DNA of 64,000 nt from Okamejei kenojei. Lineage: Eukaryota. Each line of letters starts with the position of its first letter. The stretch's first letter is position 1. Positions 38,107 to 50,212 of this stretch are shown in pieces. A program made the translations under genes and the position numbers. A model generated the notes under the pieces. That model had not been told where the DNA came from, ran no database searches, and worked only from the letters and a program-made list of their open reading frames with translations. The stretch spans positions 25,792,001-25,856,000 of the forward strand of contig CM069165.1 in the NCBI GenBank assembly GCA_035221665.1, read 5' to 3'.

Positions 38107-39637
38107 CTGTAAATTCAAACACTAAACAATTTGTGCTGCTTTGCAAATTTTACTGGTGATTTAAATTCTATCATAAACAAATCATTACACAAATGCACTT
38201 AAAAAGACAATTTCTGCACAAAACAAGGTTTTGTTTTTTAATAATTGTTGATTTAAATAATTTGCAAAACTGTAGTGACACCTTTTCAGAGGTTAATGTT
38301 GTAACTTATTTGGAATTATCTCAAGAAACAGAAAACAACAGATTGACATTTAAAGAGATGTCTGTCACAACTTCAGGGATCTAACAGGGCTTCATATTTT
38401 TGTAGAGAAACTAGTGTCAAGTGCTCCAGCAGAGAAACAACTTTATGCGTAGATGGTGTAATGAAAAAAGGAACAAAGAAGTCAATTAGAATTTGTATTG
38501 ATTATGAAAAATAACCAGACCCACAATGTTTATAGTTAGATTTCTAGCTTATATTTCTAAATTTATAGAAATATCATATAGTTAATAATTTTGTTCTCCC
38601 CATGTAGCTGGTACTCTTTAGATGTCTAATTTTTCAGAAGCAAAACGCTGCTGAAAAAGACGAGATAAATAGAAGGATATTGATATAAATCATATGTCGT
38701 TCTGTGTGAAAATTTTCCAACTCACTGAATAACCTTAGAGACAAGCGAAAAAAAAGCCCATTGCCACCAGTATTTTACAACTGTAATGACAGAACTCTGA
38801 AAATGCTTCTGTCTAAACACATGTCGCACTTGCAAACTACGTCACTTCACGATACAAACAAAATAAGAGCTCTCAAAAATAAACAAAAATGCAGGGAGTA
38901 ATTCAGCAGGTCAGGCAGCATCTCTTGCTCGTGTGTCACTGTTCTGTCAGACAGCATCCCTACAAAACTAGGATCAATTATGTTTGTGTTGAGACCCTAT
39001 TTCAGACTGACTGAAAAAGAGGTCCCGACCCGAAATGTCACCTATCAACGTTTTCCAGTGATGCTGCCTGACGTGCTGAATTACTCCAGCACTGTCTTTT
39101 TTTGTAAACCAGCATCTGCAGCTCCTTGTTTCTACGAGTGATCTCATAATCCAAGGAAGATCAAATAGAGCATACAGGATAGTGTTAATGAAGACCGAAT
39201 TGTAAATTAATAGTTGTAAATTTGTAAAAGTACCACATGCCTTGCACAACAATATTGGCATTTGCTTACAATTATTTAAACCTGAATGCCTGCAACAGTT
39301 GAGGTGTTACTTAAGCAAGCAGTGGCTGAAAAAAAATTGTTTTTACTTCAGCATTTCTTTTAGCCCACCACGAAGATGAAGGAGGTTCAGATGCAACAAC
39401 TTCTCCCTAACATCACCATTCCTGAAATGATTCCCAGATATAAAAGTACTTGCTATCATCACTCATCGGAGATCGAGTAAGACACAGACTTAAAAAAGCT
39501 TAGTGCCAGGGAAAAAAACATTCACTTGTCTAGACAGAGGCAAAGTTGAAAACATTTTAAAAAATGTTGTTATTTTCAACCAGTGCATTACACAAGTGAC
39601 AGGATTCGACATATGGGAAAACAACATTAGAAAGATG

Positions 39638-39795
39638 TTGGAAGGAACTGCAGATGCTGGTTTAAACCGAAGAAAGACACAAAATACTGGACACAGCAGT
39701 ATGAAGAAGGGTCTCGACCCGAAACGTCACCCATTCCTTCTCTCCAGAGATGCTGCCTGTCCCGCTGAGTTGCTCCAGCATTTTGTGTCGATCTT
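39638..39795. repeat. Penelope-derived fold-back with 13-bp TSD
   Basis: CATTAGAAAGATG at 39625-39637 and 39796-39808. Confidence 0.85.
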
Positions 39796-39914
39796 CATTA
39801 GAAAGATGATACCAGTCCTCAATAGCTGGTGTCTCAGCTATTGACCTTAGATGTTGAAATCCCGGATGAAATAAAGGCCAAACCCTCGTATCCTGTACAG
39901 TTCTGGGAAGAGCA

Positions 39915-40262
39915 TCTGGTGGGAGACCGCTTCTTGGAGCTCCCCCAACGGCAACTTCTCCCGCCCGAATTGCGGGGTTGAAAACGACCCGGAGCAGGGC
40001 CTTACATCGCCCGGTGCGGCTTTAACGGCCGCGGGACTTGCCATCGCCCACCAGGGGCTTTAACATCGGTAGAAGAATGGAAAACGGGAGAGACGATGAA
40101 TTTGCCTTCCATCACAGAGAGGAGGAGATTCACTGCGATGGATGTTTGTGTAAATTTGCGTCTTGGGTTTTTTTTCTAGTTGTATGACTGCAGAAACCAA
40201 ATTTCGTTTGAATTTCATTTGAGGTTCAAATGACAATAAACGGTGTTGTATTGTATTGTATT
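39915..40262 (+). mobile_element. GC-rich non-autonomous retroposon, 5'-truncated copy 2
   Basis: Same 3' architecture; TGACAATAAA and (TTGTA)n tail. Confidence 0.65.
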
Positions 40263-40625
40263 TAAAGGGCACTGAGGTTTTGGAGAAGCACTGGAATATG
40301 TAAAGCCAGGGATGAAGAATTACAATGCACGACAAAGTGGAGGGTTGGAAATGTTAATTTTTGAGCTGATTAAAAATAAGCACAAATTTATAATTATCAA
40401 GGATTTAAATACTAAGAAAAGGTTTCCCGATTGATAAAAGCTCAATATTAGATGCAAAATCAAAATTTCGGAAATAACAGAAAATAATACTCAGGCAACA
40501 TCTGCAGAAAGAAAATAATAATAATGTTTCACGCTGAAGAGCCTTCATTAGCATTGGGAGGTGAGAAAACATTTTAGTTTTAACTTGCAGAGACTGTCGG
40601 AGAGAGATAGATAGGACAAAGGGAA

Positions 40626-40818
40626 TGTTTAAGAAGGAACTGCAGATGCAGGAAAATCAAAGGTAGACAAAAATGCTAGAGAAACTCAGTGTGTGTGACA
40701 GCATCTATGGAGCGAAGGAAATAGGCGACGTTTTGGGTCGAGAGCCTTCTTCAGTCTGAAGTCCCTTCTTCATAGATGCTGCCTCACCCGCTGAGTTCCT
40801 CCAGCATTTTTGTCTACC
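40626..40818. repeat. Penelope-derived fold-back with 14-bp TSD
   Basis: TAGGACAAAGGGAA at 40612-40625 and 40819-40832. Confidence 0.85.
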
Positions 40819-41636
40819 TAGGACAAAGGGAACATCGTTGATGGGGTGAGGCCAGAGCTGCCAAGGTGAGCACATTACTTGCAAAACTATATTAATAGAT
40901 TAGTGAGATGAGTGAGAAAGATATAGAAAACAAACATACTAAAGTTGTGAAATGCTGGTCAAAGATGAAATCAAAAACCAAAAGGAGAATTCTAGAACTT
41001 CCTAGATCAAGCATTGTCCGTGGAGACCAAAAATCGGAGTTAGCATTACAGTTAGATAACTGCACAGCAGAAATGGACAATTAAATCAATATCTGCGCAA
41101 TGGTTACATCCGTTAGAGTTTTTTAAGTTGCAAAGTGCCTGGACAGAAGACAAGGTATTGTTCACGTTCACTCTGGGTTTCACTGGAATAGTGTAAGACT
41201 TCACAGACACTACCTGATCTGCTGGGCAGCTCCAGAATTCGCCTTTCAGTTCGAGGCTTCCACAACAGGTCTGATCTGCATTTCACAGCTTTAATGCGCC
41301 TTTTTTTTCTTCAAATGCTCTCGTTAATCTATGGCACCATAACTATCAGCAACTTAGACTTTTTCATAAGAATTTTTTCTTTTTATCAAAGCCACCACTT
41401 TCCCACTTTCTCAGCAACTTATAACTAACTAGTCTTCTCATTTGTTCAGTTCTGATGAAGGCTTTTCAATCTGAAAAGTTAACTCTTTGCCTCTGTTCAC
41501 AAATGCTGCCTGGATTGTTGAGCGTTTCTGACATTTTCTGCTTTTGCATCAGATTTAAAATGATTGGTAACTGAATCACCAAAATCACCAGGAAAAACAT
41601 TTCTATGCAATGATTTTGAATATAAAGCCCAATAGG

Positions 41637-42080
41637 TTGTTCAAGAAGGAACGACAGATGCTGGAAAATCGAAGGTAGACACAATTGCTGAAGAAACTCA
41701 GCGGGTGCGGCAGCATCTATGGAGCGAAGGAAATAGGCAACGTTTCGGGCCAAAACCCTTCTTCAGACTGATGCAGGGTGGGGGGAGGGCGGGAAAAAGA
41801 AAGGAAGAGGAGGAGCCAGAGGGCTGAGGGAAAGCTGAGAAGGAGAGGAGACAGCAAGGGCTACCGGAAATTGGAGAATTCAATGTTCAGGCCACCGGGA
41901 TGCAGACTGCCGAAGCGGAATATGAGGTGCTGTTCCTCCAGTTTCCGGTGGTGCTCACTCTGGCAATGGAGGAGGCCCAGGACAGAAAGGTTGGATTCGG
42001 AATGGGAGGGGGGGTTGAAGTGCTGAGCCACAGGGAGATCAGATTTGTTTAATACGGACCGAGCGGAGGTGTTCGGCGAA
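41637..42080 (-). mobile_element. Penelope-like element 3' end (GIY-YIG C-terminus + pLTR)
   Basis: DLPVAQHFN..SHS...RKLEEQHLIFRFGSLHPGGLNIEF, followed by the ctgaagaagggtt..cccgaaacgtt terminal repeat. Confidence 0.85.
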
Positions 42081-43435
42081 GCCCAATAGGCTACTGGAAA
42101 CAGATCTGGATTAATGTAAGGAAGAAGTGAAAAACAAGACAGGGTGAAGTATGAAATCCCAGTGAAAGTTACTTGGGAAAGAGCTGGAATTCCACAATAA
42201 AGGAATAGGACATCATAATACACACAAGAGCAAAATGAATCCAAATTGACAGATGCAATGGCAATGGGTGACAGTGAGGTAGAGAGCTTTACATTTCAGC
42301 ATACCTTCTGGTATTTTGTGTAAAATTTGAAATGATTCTGCTGTGCATCATATATTTTGTAGTGAAGAAACAAATGGTCAATTCTACAAAGTTTGGCATT
42401 CCCACTTACAATAAAACTTATGAAGCAAACATTTGAAAACTAAATCTCCCTTAAGAGCTAATAAGCTGCCTTAAGAGCTTCCATCTTGAGATGCCCACCC
42501 TGGTGCCCATTGTATTTGACTTGTATCCTTGTCAAGGAAAGCCTTCACTTCAACAGTGCCACTCACAATTTCAGTCATCATCCAAGTAGTCACAATAATC
42601 TGTCAAATTAGCTTGTTTCTTTTGCACATCAAGGTCCCAAAAGCAGCCATGTGTTGATGCCCACGCAATGTATTTTTAGGTGTACCATGCCCACAGAACT
42701 GCACTAGAATCTCAACCGAGGTAGTTTGAGCTCAAATCTCTGATGTTGAATCTGAATCAACAACTTTTCAATAAAAGGGTCAAGTCCTAACATAGAACCA
42801 AAAATTACACCATTTGTTGTAAAAACAATTTAAGTCCGTGCTGGAAACTGAGAATTGGAAATGTAAGAATTGTTACGGCATTTGGAATCTAAATGTCACC
42901 ATTTTTGCTTTTGTGGTGCACGTTTGTACTTCCACAGCATAGCAATATTATTTTTCATTTCATAGCAATGAATGATACTCGTATCCCCAAACCCAAGGCA
43001 GGAGGTGTGATGTGTTTTTGTAGATATTGCACTTTCATCATTTCAAGAACTGAGGACAAACATCCAAATCATCAACAATTCAGATTGAGGACAGCATCTT
43101 TTGAAGATTTAGTATCTGGTGATCAAACTGAGCAACATCTCCAGAGTTCTGTTGATAGTAAATATCATTACCTAGGCCAGGATGTGGAGAGCGATACAGC
43201 CAACATTCCAGGTCTGGATCAGAATGTTAATTTTTCTTTAAGGAATATTCCAATTTTAATCAACTCGTAACATATCCAGAATCAATAATTTTTCAATGTT
43301 TGGGGAAAAAAGGAAAATTTCAAAAAACCTATCATTTAAAAATCGTACAAAATGTAATGGAGCACTCACAGGATTAAGAGATATTTGCAATACATGGCAG
43401 TGCATAAAACAACTCTGTACAAGGGCAAAATTCAC

Positions 43436-43666
43436 CTGTCGAGCCTGGTAGTACTCCCGCAGCAACTGATCTCTCTGGATGATAGCTTCTGTTCTTTCTT
43501 TCCTAGCAACATCTCTCTCTTCTTTCACAGTCTCAATATCTTTACAAGCCTGATCAAGCTCCTTTTGAGCTTCTGCTTTGTCCTTCACTTCATGGCAGTA
43601 TTTCTCCAGCAGTTCATTCCTCTCACAGATAGCATGATCTCGCTCTACCAACGCAGAATGAAGCTC
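43436..43666 (-). CDS. DLG5: DLG5 extra coiled-coil exon (ELHSALVERD...EYYQARQ)
   Basis: tttcag acceptor, CAG|gtgaa donor, 231 nt = 77 aa, phase 0-0, heptad-like ERD repeats. Confidence 0.88.
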
Positions 43667-44416
43667 CTGAAATTTAGTTGCAACACAAGTGATGTCACCA
43701 TTTTCATCAACATGAGAAAAGCACTCTCTCACATTCTGCTCCCATTTTGAATCCAGGAGCAATTTTACTTCTGGAAAATTAGGGCTGCAACATATATGTA
43801 ACAGAATGGTTTAATTTTAAACATTGCATTTATATAAACTGTTGGGAAGGCCTTATAATATGCCCTTATCTCCATTTTCCAAGCAGCACACATCACAACT
43901 CAACTCTTCCATTGTGAGATCTATTTTGTTTGGTCCTAATGATGCAGATTTATTCATTCTGTAACATTTTTTCATTCTATAATGCAACTAAATTAAAATC
44001 AGAAATAAATAGTGACACCAATTCACATCTAAGTTCATTGTTTCTTCAATATAATCTTCAAGAACACATTATTTTCTGTCAGGATTTTGCCCATGTTTTT
44101 GTTCTTTACACTCAATTAAAACACTGACCAACGCAATCCACAGACAAATGCAATTGGACAGTCATTTGTGTGTGTATTTTGATCACGAAATCTCACAGAA
44201 TTAGCAGTTTGAAGCTCCTTCCTGCAGCTGGCAATAGTGATACCAGCGAGTACCCAATCCTATCAGAAATGTTCCCTTTTGAAGTTCATAATACAATTTT
44301 CAGAGAAACCCGTGTGAATAATTTGTAGGCGATGGCAAAACGGAGAACATCAGAGATAAGGGATTCCACAGTGCTAAAATACTAGAAAAGCAGTAAAAGG
44401 CACTATTGGGTCTCAC

Positions 44417-44729
44417 CTGTCTAAGAGCTTCAAGCTCTTCACCAGCCACTTTTCTCTCTGAAGAGGTGTTTTTCAGATGACCCTGTGCCAACTCCAGTTC
44501 CGTCTGCAGTTTATCAATCTCTTTATGCACCTGATCTCTTTCGCTCATGACCAGTCGATATTCATTCAGCACTGTATCCCTTTCTTCCTTGTATTTCTCT
44601 GCATCCTTCATTGCTTTCAGCTGCAACGTCTTGTATCTAGTCACCTCCGTTTGCAATCGTTCCATTTCTCTCTGGAGCTCTTTGTTCTGTACTGTTGCTT
44701 TACTTAATTCATGCTGTATTGAATCATAT
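44417..44729 (-). CDS. DLG5: DLG5 exon, coiled-coil (YDSIQHEL...EALRQ)
   Basis: gtaaag acceptor, CAG|gtgaga donor, 313 nt, phase 2-0. Confidence 0.95.
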
Positions 44730-45789
44730 CTTTACAAACAATAGAAAAATCTATAAATTAATTGGAATTAATGTTCATTCAGTAAAAATCCAAATAATGT
44801 AGCTATTTTAACTTAAATACTTCTTTACAATTACTCTGCAAAAGCCAACTTGACAGTAATTTTACTATGTGAAGACATTTAATGTTGGGCAGTTTTAAAG
44901 TAAAAGTCTTTATACTGCCTGAACAAAAAACAATTCTCATTCATATACTTGGTATGACACATAGTCCTTATGGCGAATAGGGTTCAAGCAAAGTTTCTCG
45001 AATTCAAAGAAAAATAATCAGATTTAAACTGGGGGAGGAGGAAAATGGGGGAGTTTTAAAAACTCCTTAAATTCTGTCTTTCCAATCAAGATTTGAATTG
45101 CAATATAGAAGGTTAATGGATGCCTAATCAGCTTTAGCCTTATCTGGAAATTTCTCTCCCTCACTAAAAGTATAACACTAAATAAACCTGCATTGAAAAG
45201 GCAGCAGTGGACAAGATTGGAACACGTCAGTCCTACTTTAGCACTTGCCACACATTAAATATCAAATGTTCATTTGGTGTAAAATCTATAGTGTTGCATT
45301 TCACAGTTACATCGTTTAATTTTCACTTTTGGAGATTTGCATTGTGTTAGCAAATTAAAAGGATGTTGTTTGAGGCATAAAACTTCTGGCAGATTTATTA
45401 GATACCAGACTATTTATAAATTTAATAGAATAAGAGATAAAGTGGAAGATACATCAGAAGCTTAAAAGGCTAACGTTTAATAAGTTGCATAAAACATTAT
45501 AGAGATGTCTCTTGGCATAGACATGACGGGCAAAAGGACTTGTTTTGTGTTAAGTTCAACATTAATATTAAATAAAGTATTTAGCCAAGAACAGGTAATA
45601 ATGGACGGGTGTTACCTGATAAAGATAATATTTGGAACCAATGTGCCCCCCCCAACACCCTTCCAATCTTTGCTATCGTTCTCCCTTCCTAGAGATACCT
45701 TTACTTAACATATCTAAAACAAATGCATTATAACATTTATATTGGAGTAACAAGCTAGGTTTCACATAGAAGGTTTGAGTAGTAACTTT

Positions 45790-46880
45790 GTAGGTGACAC
45801 AAAAATTGATGCCACAGATAAACAGGATAAAGATCAGATGGAGGGTTGGGCTGGAATTTAGTTTAGTTTAGTATATTGTCATGTGTACCGAGGTACAGTG
45901 ATAAGCCTTTGTTGCGTAAAACTTTTAAGGTGATGCAATTCGGAAGCTCAAATAAGGATAGGACATTCACAGGAAACAGTATGGCCCTAACTCTCACTGT
46001 TGATGAACAGAGAGAACGTGGGCACAAATCTACATCGCTGCATAAATGGCAATATATGCTGGCAAAGTCATGACAGCAAATGTCATATTGGCCAACGTAC
46101 GGGCTATAGAATATAACAGTAGGGATATCACGTTACAACTTTACAAAACATTGGTTAGGCTACAATTGGAATATTGTTTGAGTTCTGGTCACCACACACA
46201 ATGTAGGTGATTATGCTGGAGTGGGTGCACAGGAGTTTCACCAGGATGCTATCGGATGCAAGGGTTAGCATTATGAGAGAGAGGTTAGGATGGGTTCCTC
46301 TTTCCCGGAGTAAAGGAGGCCGATGAGTGACCTGACGGAAGTATACAAGATCATGAGAGGCCTAGATAGAGGAGATAAGAATAGTTTTCCCATGGTGTGG
46401 TGTCTAAAGGAAGAGGGCATAGGTTTCAGGTGCGAAGGAGTTTCAAAGAGGATCTGAACGTTAGGATTTTCTCCCATAAAGAGTGGCTGATATCTGGAAT
46501 GCATTGCCAAAGGGATAGATAAAGGGCCTGTCCCACTTTCACGACCTAATTCACGACCATTTTTACTCGTGGACATTTTTCATCATGTTGAAAAAACGCC
46601 CCGACCTACTTGACGCCACGAGTACTAACGACTAGCATCACGACCTGCTACGACCTGGTGCCGACCATGCTGCGAGTATGAGTCAAGGGCAAACGCGGAA
46701 GAGAGCGTGAATTAGGTCGTGAAAGTGGGACAGGCCCTTGAGATAACATTTAAGAGGAATTAATAGCCAAGACATAAAAGTATTGGAATCAATGTGGGCA
46801 AACGGGATTAGTATTAGGAGGTACAATGGTCAGCATGGCTGGGGTGTGATGGGTCCATTTCTGTGTTACATAACTCTATG
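45790..46880 (+). mobile_element. Decayed CR1 fragment hosting a MITE and a Rex1-type tail
   Basis: Degenerate LVR.QLEYC..FWSP segment and CR1-type 3' end (ctctatga). Confidence 0.7.
46523..46738. mobile_element. PIF/Harbinger-type MITE
   Basis: Perfect 33-bp TIRs AGGGCCTGTCCCACTTTCACGACCTAATTCACG; flanks TAA and TGA (TWA-like TSD). Confidence 0.88.
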
Positions 46881-46985
46881 AAAGTGACTAAAAGAAAATG
46901 GTTCTACAACTCTGACTTCTCAACAATCCAATTGGATTCAATCCCAGAATCGTATTATAACCCGTGTGTCAGGGTAGCCCTTCAC

Positions 46986-47257
46986 CTTTTCAGTGTAGAT
47001 AAATATTGTTGCTGGACAGATGTTTTCTCCACAACAGCAGCATCTGTTTGCTTCATGAGCATCTCATTCTGTTTCTGAAATCGTCGATTATCCTCGTCTA
47101 CCCGCTCCAAGCGGCTGAGGTCAGTGTTGTGGTTGGCAACCTTCTCATTGTACCGCTTTCTCAGTGCATCGTAATCTTTCTTTAAGCCTTCTAATTTATC
47201 CATGGCAGTATCATATAGTTTATTTAGAATCTCAGATGAGCCATTTTCCCTCATAAC
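46986..47257 (-). CDS. DLG5: DLG5 exon, coiled-coil (VMRENGSS...STLKR)
   Basis: ttttgctttgcag acceptor, AG|gtgaa donor, 272 nt, phase 0-2. Confidence 0.95.
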
Positions 47258-47639
47258 CTGCAAAGCAAAAGGAAAAAATTAAATTAATCTACTCTGGTCT
47301 AAATCTTGAGATAACATTTGAATGATTTTGAAAAGTTTACATAATCACATTTTACTCATTCTTGCTCCTGGTTTGTTGAACTTCAAAGAGTTTCTGTTAC
47401 TTATTTCCTATATTACAAGAAGCAAAATAGATCCTTCATAAAAATTAACACATTGATGTCAGATCTTAATTGTGGAATGGGAGATTATATAATGAAATAT
47501 TATATAATGGAAACTAAGTACATTTCTTGCAGCTCCACACCTATATAAAAGTTTTTTCTTGGAACGGTAAAGTGATACTCACTAAAATAAAACTAAATCC
47601 TCCTTAAAACCCAACTTTTAATGCGTACTATTCCTTTTG

Positions 47640-47975
47640 GTCTCAGGAGTTTGTCATAGGTGTCCTTAATATCCAGTTGTTCCAGGGATAAGTGAAGGGG
47701 CCATGAGGTGGCATCTGTTGCAGGAGTAGATGAATTGCAGTGGATCATAGCTGTCAGGGAGACTGCATGTGCACCACGATTAGTATCGCAAAGTTTTTCA
47801 CGATGGTGGATATTGGAGCCATCGGACGATCGTCAGTAGGGCATGCTACCTTTTCTTTGGCATTAGGATAGCAGTCTTCTTCGGGTAGGTTGAAATCACA
47901 CAATGAGTAGGGAGAGGTTAAATCTGCCCATATGTAGTTCTGCCAGCCGTTCCGTGCATTTCTTATAATGCAAGG
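47640..47975 (-). mobile_element. Decayed Rex1/Babar RT fragment
   Basis: Degenerate DIFNLSL / PKK / DPLQF / LEQLDIKDTY-like segments on the minus strand. Confidence 0.7.
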
Positions 47976-48329
47976 TTTCTTAGGAACACAACTGCTGTGT
48001 CATAGTAGAACTTTCTACACAATCATATTTGAACTTCAATTTTAATTCTATTTTTGATTGATTCTCTTGCCTTTCAATTCCTTGCAAAGCAAAAGTAAAT
48101 TTGCCGAGCACAATCTTGTGTTTAATTGATAACTGAGCATTCGCAGCCATTTTAGAAAGATATTTCCAAAGATAACAAAGAATCACAATCCTTATTTTAG
48201 TTCTGAATGGCTAGCCTTTGACCTTGAGACTCTCCATCCAGGTGAAGCAGAGGATCCAGCTTGATAATTCCTCCCAAACTCCTTTGATTCAATGACATCC
48301 CTTGCCATACTTCCAAACTTCAGATAATA

Positions 48330-48428
48330 TCAAGTAGGAAAGAACTGCAGATGCTAGTTACAAAGATAGACACAAAATGATGGAGTAACTCAGTTACTGC
48401 TGCGTTACATCAACATTTTGTGTTTATT
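48330..48428. repeat. Short Penelope-derived fold-back with 11-bp TSD
   Basis: TTCAGATAATA at 48319-48329 and 48429-48439. Confidence 0.75.
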
Positions 48429-48666
48429 TTCAGATAATACAGGCCAATCCTACCGACTCTCTCCTTTATCTGGCAATGCCGCTCAGCTCAAAAGCAGTTA
48501 CCCACTCTTTGTTGTAGAATAGACCCTGCACACCAGATGCATTTTACTGCTCAAACCCACTGAAATAAGGAAAAATTGCAGCTATGCTCGCAGCAATTAA
48601 TGAAGAAAGGATAAGGCTTTATGATGATCTTATAATGGAATATCTACACAAAAGTAATTTACTAGG

Positions 48667-49480
48667 AGTGGCGGCGCTGTCCTGACAGCAGCGGCTCGCC
48701 TGCAGTCAATCTGTTTTTCTTTTTATTTGTTGTTTGTCTTGTTTTTAGCGTTAGTTTGAGTTAATATGTAGTGTATGTGTGTGAGAGGGGTGGGAGAAAC
48801 GTTCTTAGTCTCTTCCTTTTGGGGGACACGACTTTTCTTGTCTTATCCCACGTCTCCGTCTGCGCTGAGGCCTATCACGGAGCTGGTGGCCTCCAACTTT
48901 AACTGCGACCGACCCGAGGCTCTGGAGGGAGAGCCAGCCAGGACTTACCAGCGCGGGGCTGGCCGACTTCGGGGCTGTGGTGGCGTTGCAGCATTCCGGC
49001 GGCCCGACTCGGAGCTGTGGCGGCTTTCCGGTGGCGGCGGCAGCGACTTCGGAGGTCCGGCCGCGGGCCCAGTGGACGACATCGTCGGGAGCTCGCAGGT
49101 CACGGGTTGGTGACCTTTTTTTCCGGAGCTCCCGTGGCAACAGCTGCGTCCGCTGGACTGGAGGGCGGCAGCTTCGGCAGCTTCGACCGCCCCGGGCCGC
49201 GGAGTTGAACCGGGACTTATTTACATCACCCGGTGCGGTCACAATATCGGAGGCCCGGGTTGCTTCAGGGCAGAGGAAGAGGAAGAGGAAAATTGGAAGA
49301 GACAAAGACAAGATTTTTGCCTTCCACTACAGTGAAGAGGTGTCTGGTGAACTCACTGTGGTGAATGTTAAATGTGTTTATTGTGTGTTTTTGTTATTTA
49401 CTATATGTATGACTGCAGGCAACGAAATTTCGTTCAGACCGCAAGGTCTGAATGACAATAAAGTTTTCCAAGTTCCAAGT
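48667..49480 (+). mobile_element. GC-rich non-autonomous retroposon, copy 3
   Basis: 5' and 3' blocks homologous to copy 1; TTCAGACC-GCAA-GGTCTGAA hairpin; TGACAATAAA; (TTCCAAG)n tail. Confidence 0.7.
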
Positions 49481-50212
49481 ACTACATTGTTTTGAAAAAT
49501 AATCCACATCCTGCAATGTTTTTCTGCTGCAAATGAAAGGAGTCTTTCATCCTGTTTTAGCTCTGAGCAGTGAAAACCTCACCCAAAGTGTGAACACATA
49601 TGAAAAATTATAGAATAAAGCATCAACTTTCAACACCTGAAGTCATGAAAATAGCAGAGATATCAATCTTAAACTAATGAGGAAATCTCTGCATAGTATG
49701 GTTTGTTACTTATATAAATAAATCAAAGTGATCACTGTTTAGTACTTGTTGAGAGTAATGCAAAGCTCACAATCAAATGAACTGTTGGAAAATGGGATGA
49801 ATGTAGATGAGCAAAAAGATCAGTATAGATGAAGACTAAAGGGCTTGTTTCTGTGTCGTGCACACTGCGACTTTATGCAAGTCACTGGAAGAAAAGCTTA
49901 AGAAAAACTACCTAAATGTAATAATTTTCAAACTTTAGTTTGTTGCTATTGTCTCAAGACTAGCCTACCTGTTCTCTTCTGTTCATGAGATGTCTTGCAC
50001 TTCCGATCTCCTATCTGACTATTTAAAGCGAACATTTGCAAATAGAGGCATTCACAGAAAGCCAATTGGCATATCAGCTTCCAACAGCATGTACTGGTAC
50101 AGTACAACACTGTTTAAAAGATTCTTCAATTTTAAAAATCACTTTAAAATGTGTTTTTTTCCCTTTTGCACTGAATAAGCTAGATTCTACATTCAATGAG
50201 GTGCGTACCAAC

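Larger units (their letters stand above)
1..47257 (-). other. DLG5: DLG5 gene body (25 exons in window; 5' and 3' ends outside)
   Basis: Exons join in frame with GT-AG ends and match vertebrate DLG5 motifs (NGSSEILNKLYDTAMDKLE, RRDWAFQERDKIVAER, SHDSAIDTDS, GGTWPK, RRPKSAP, SAAARRSFFRRK). 47258-64000 appears to be intron; the next upstream exon was not found. Confidence 0.97.
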
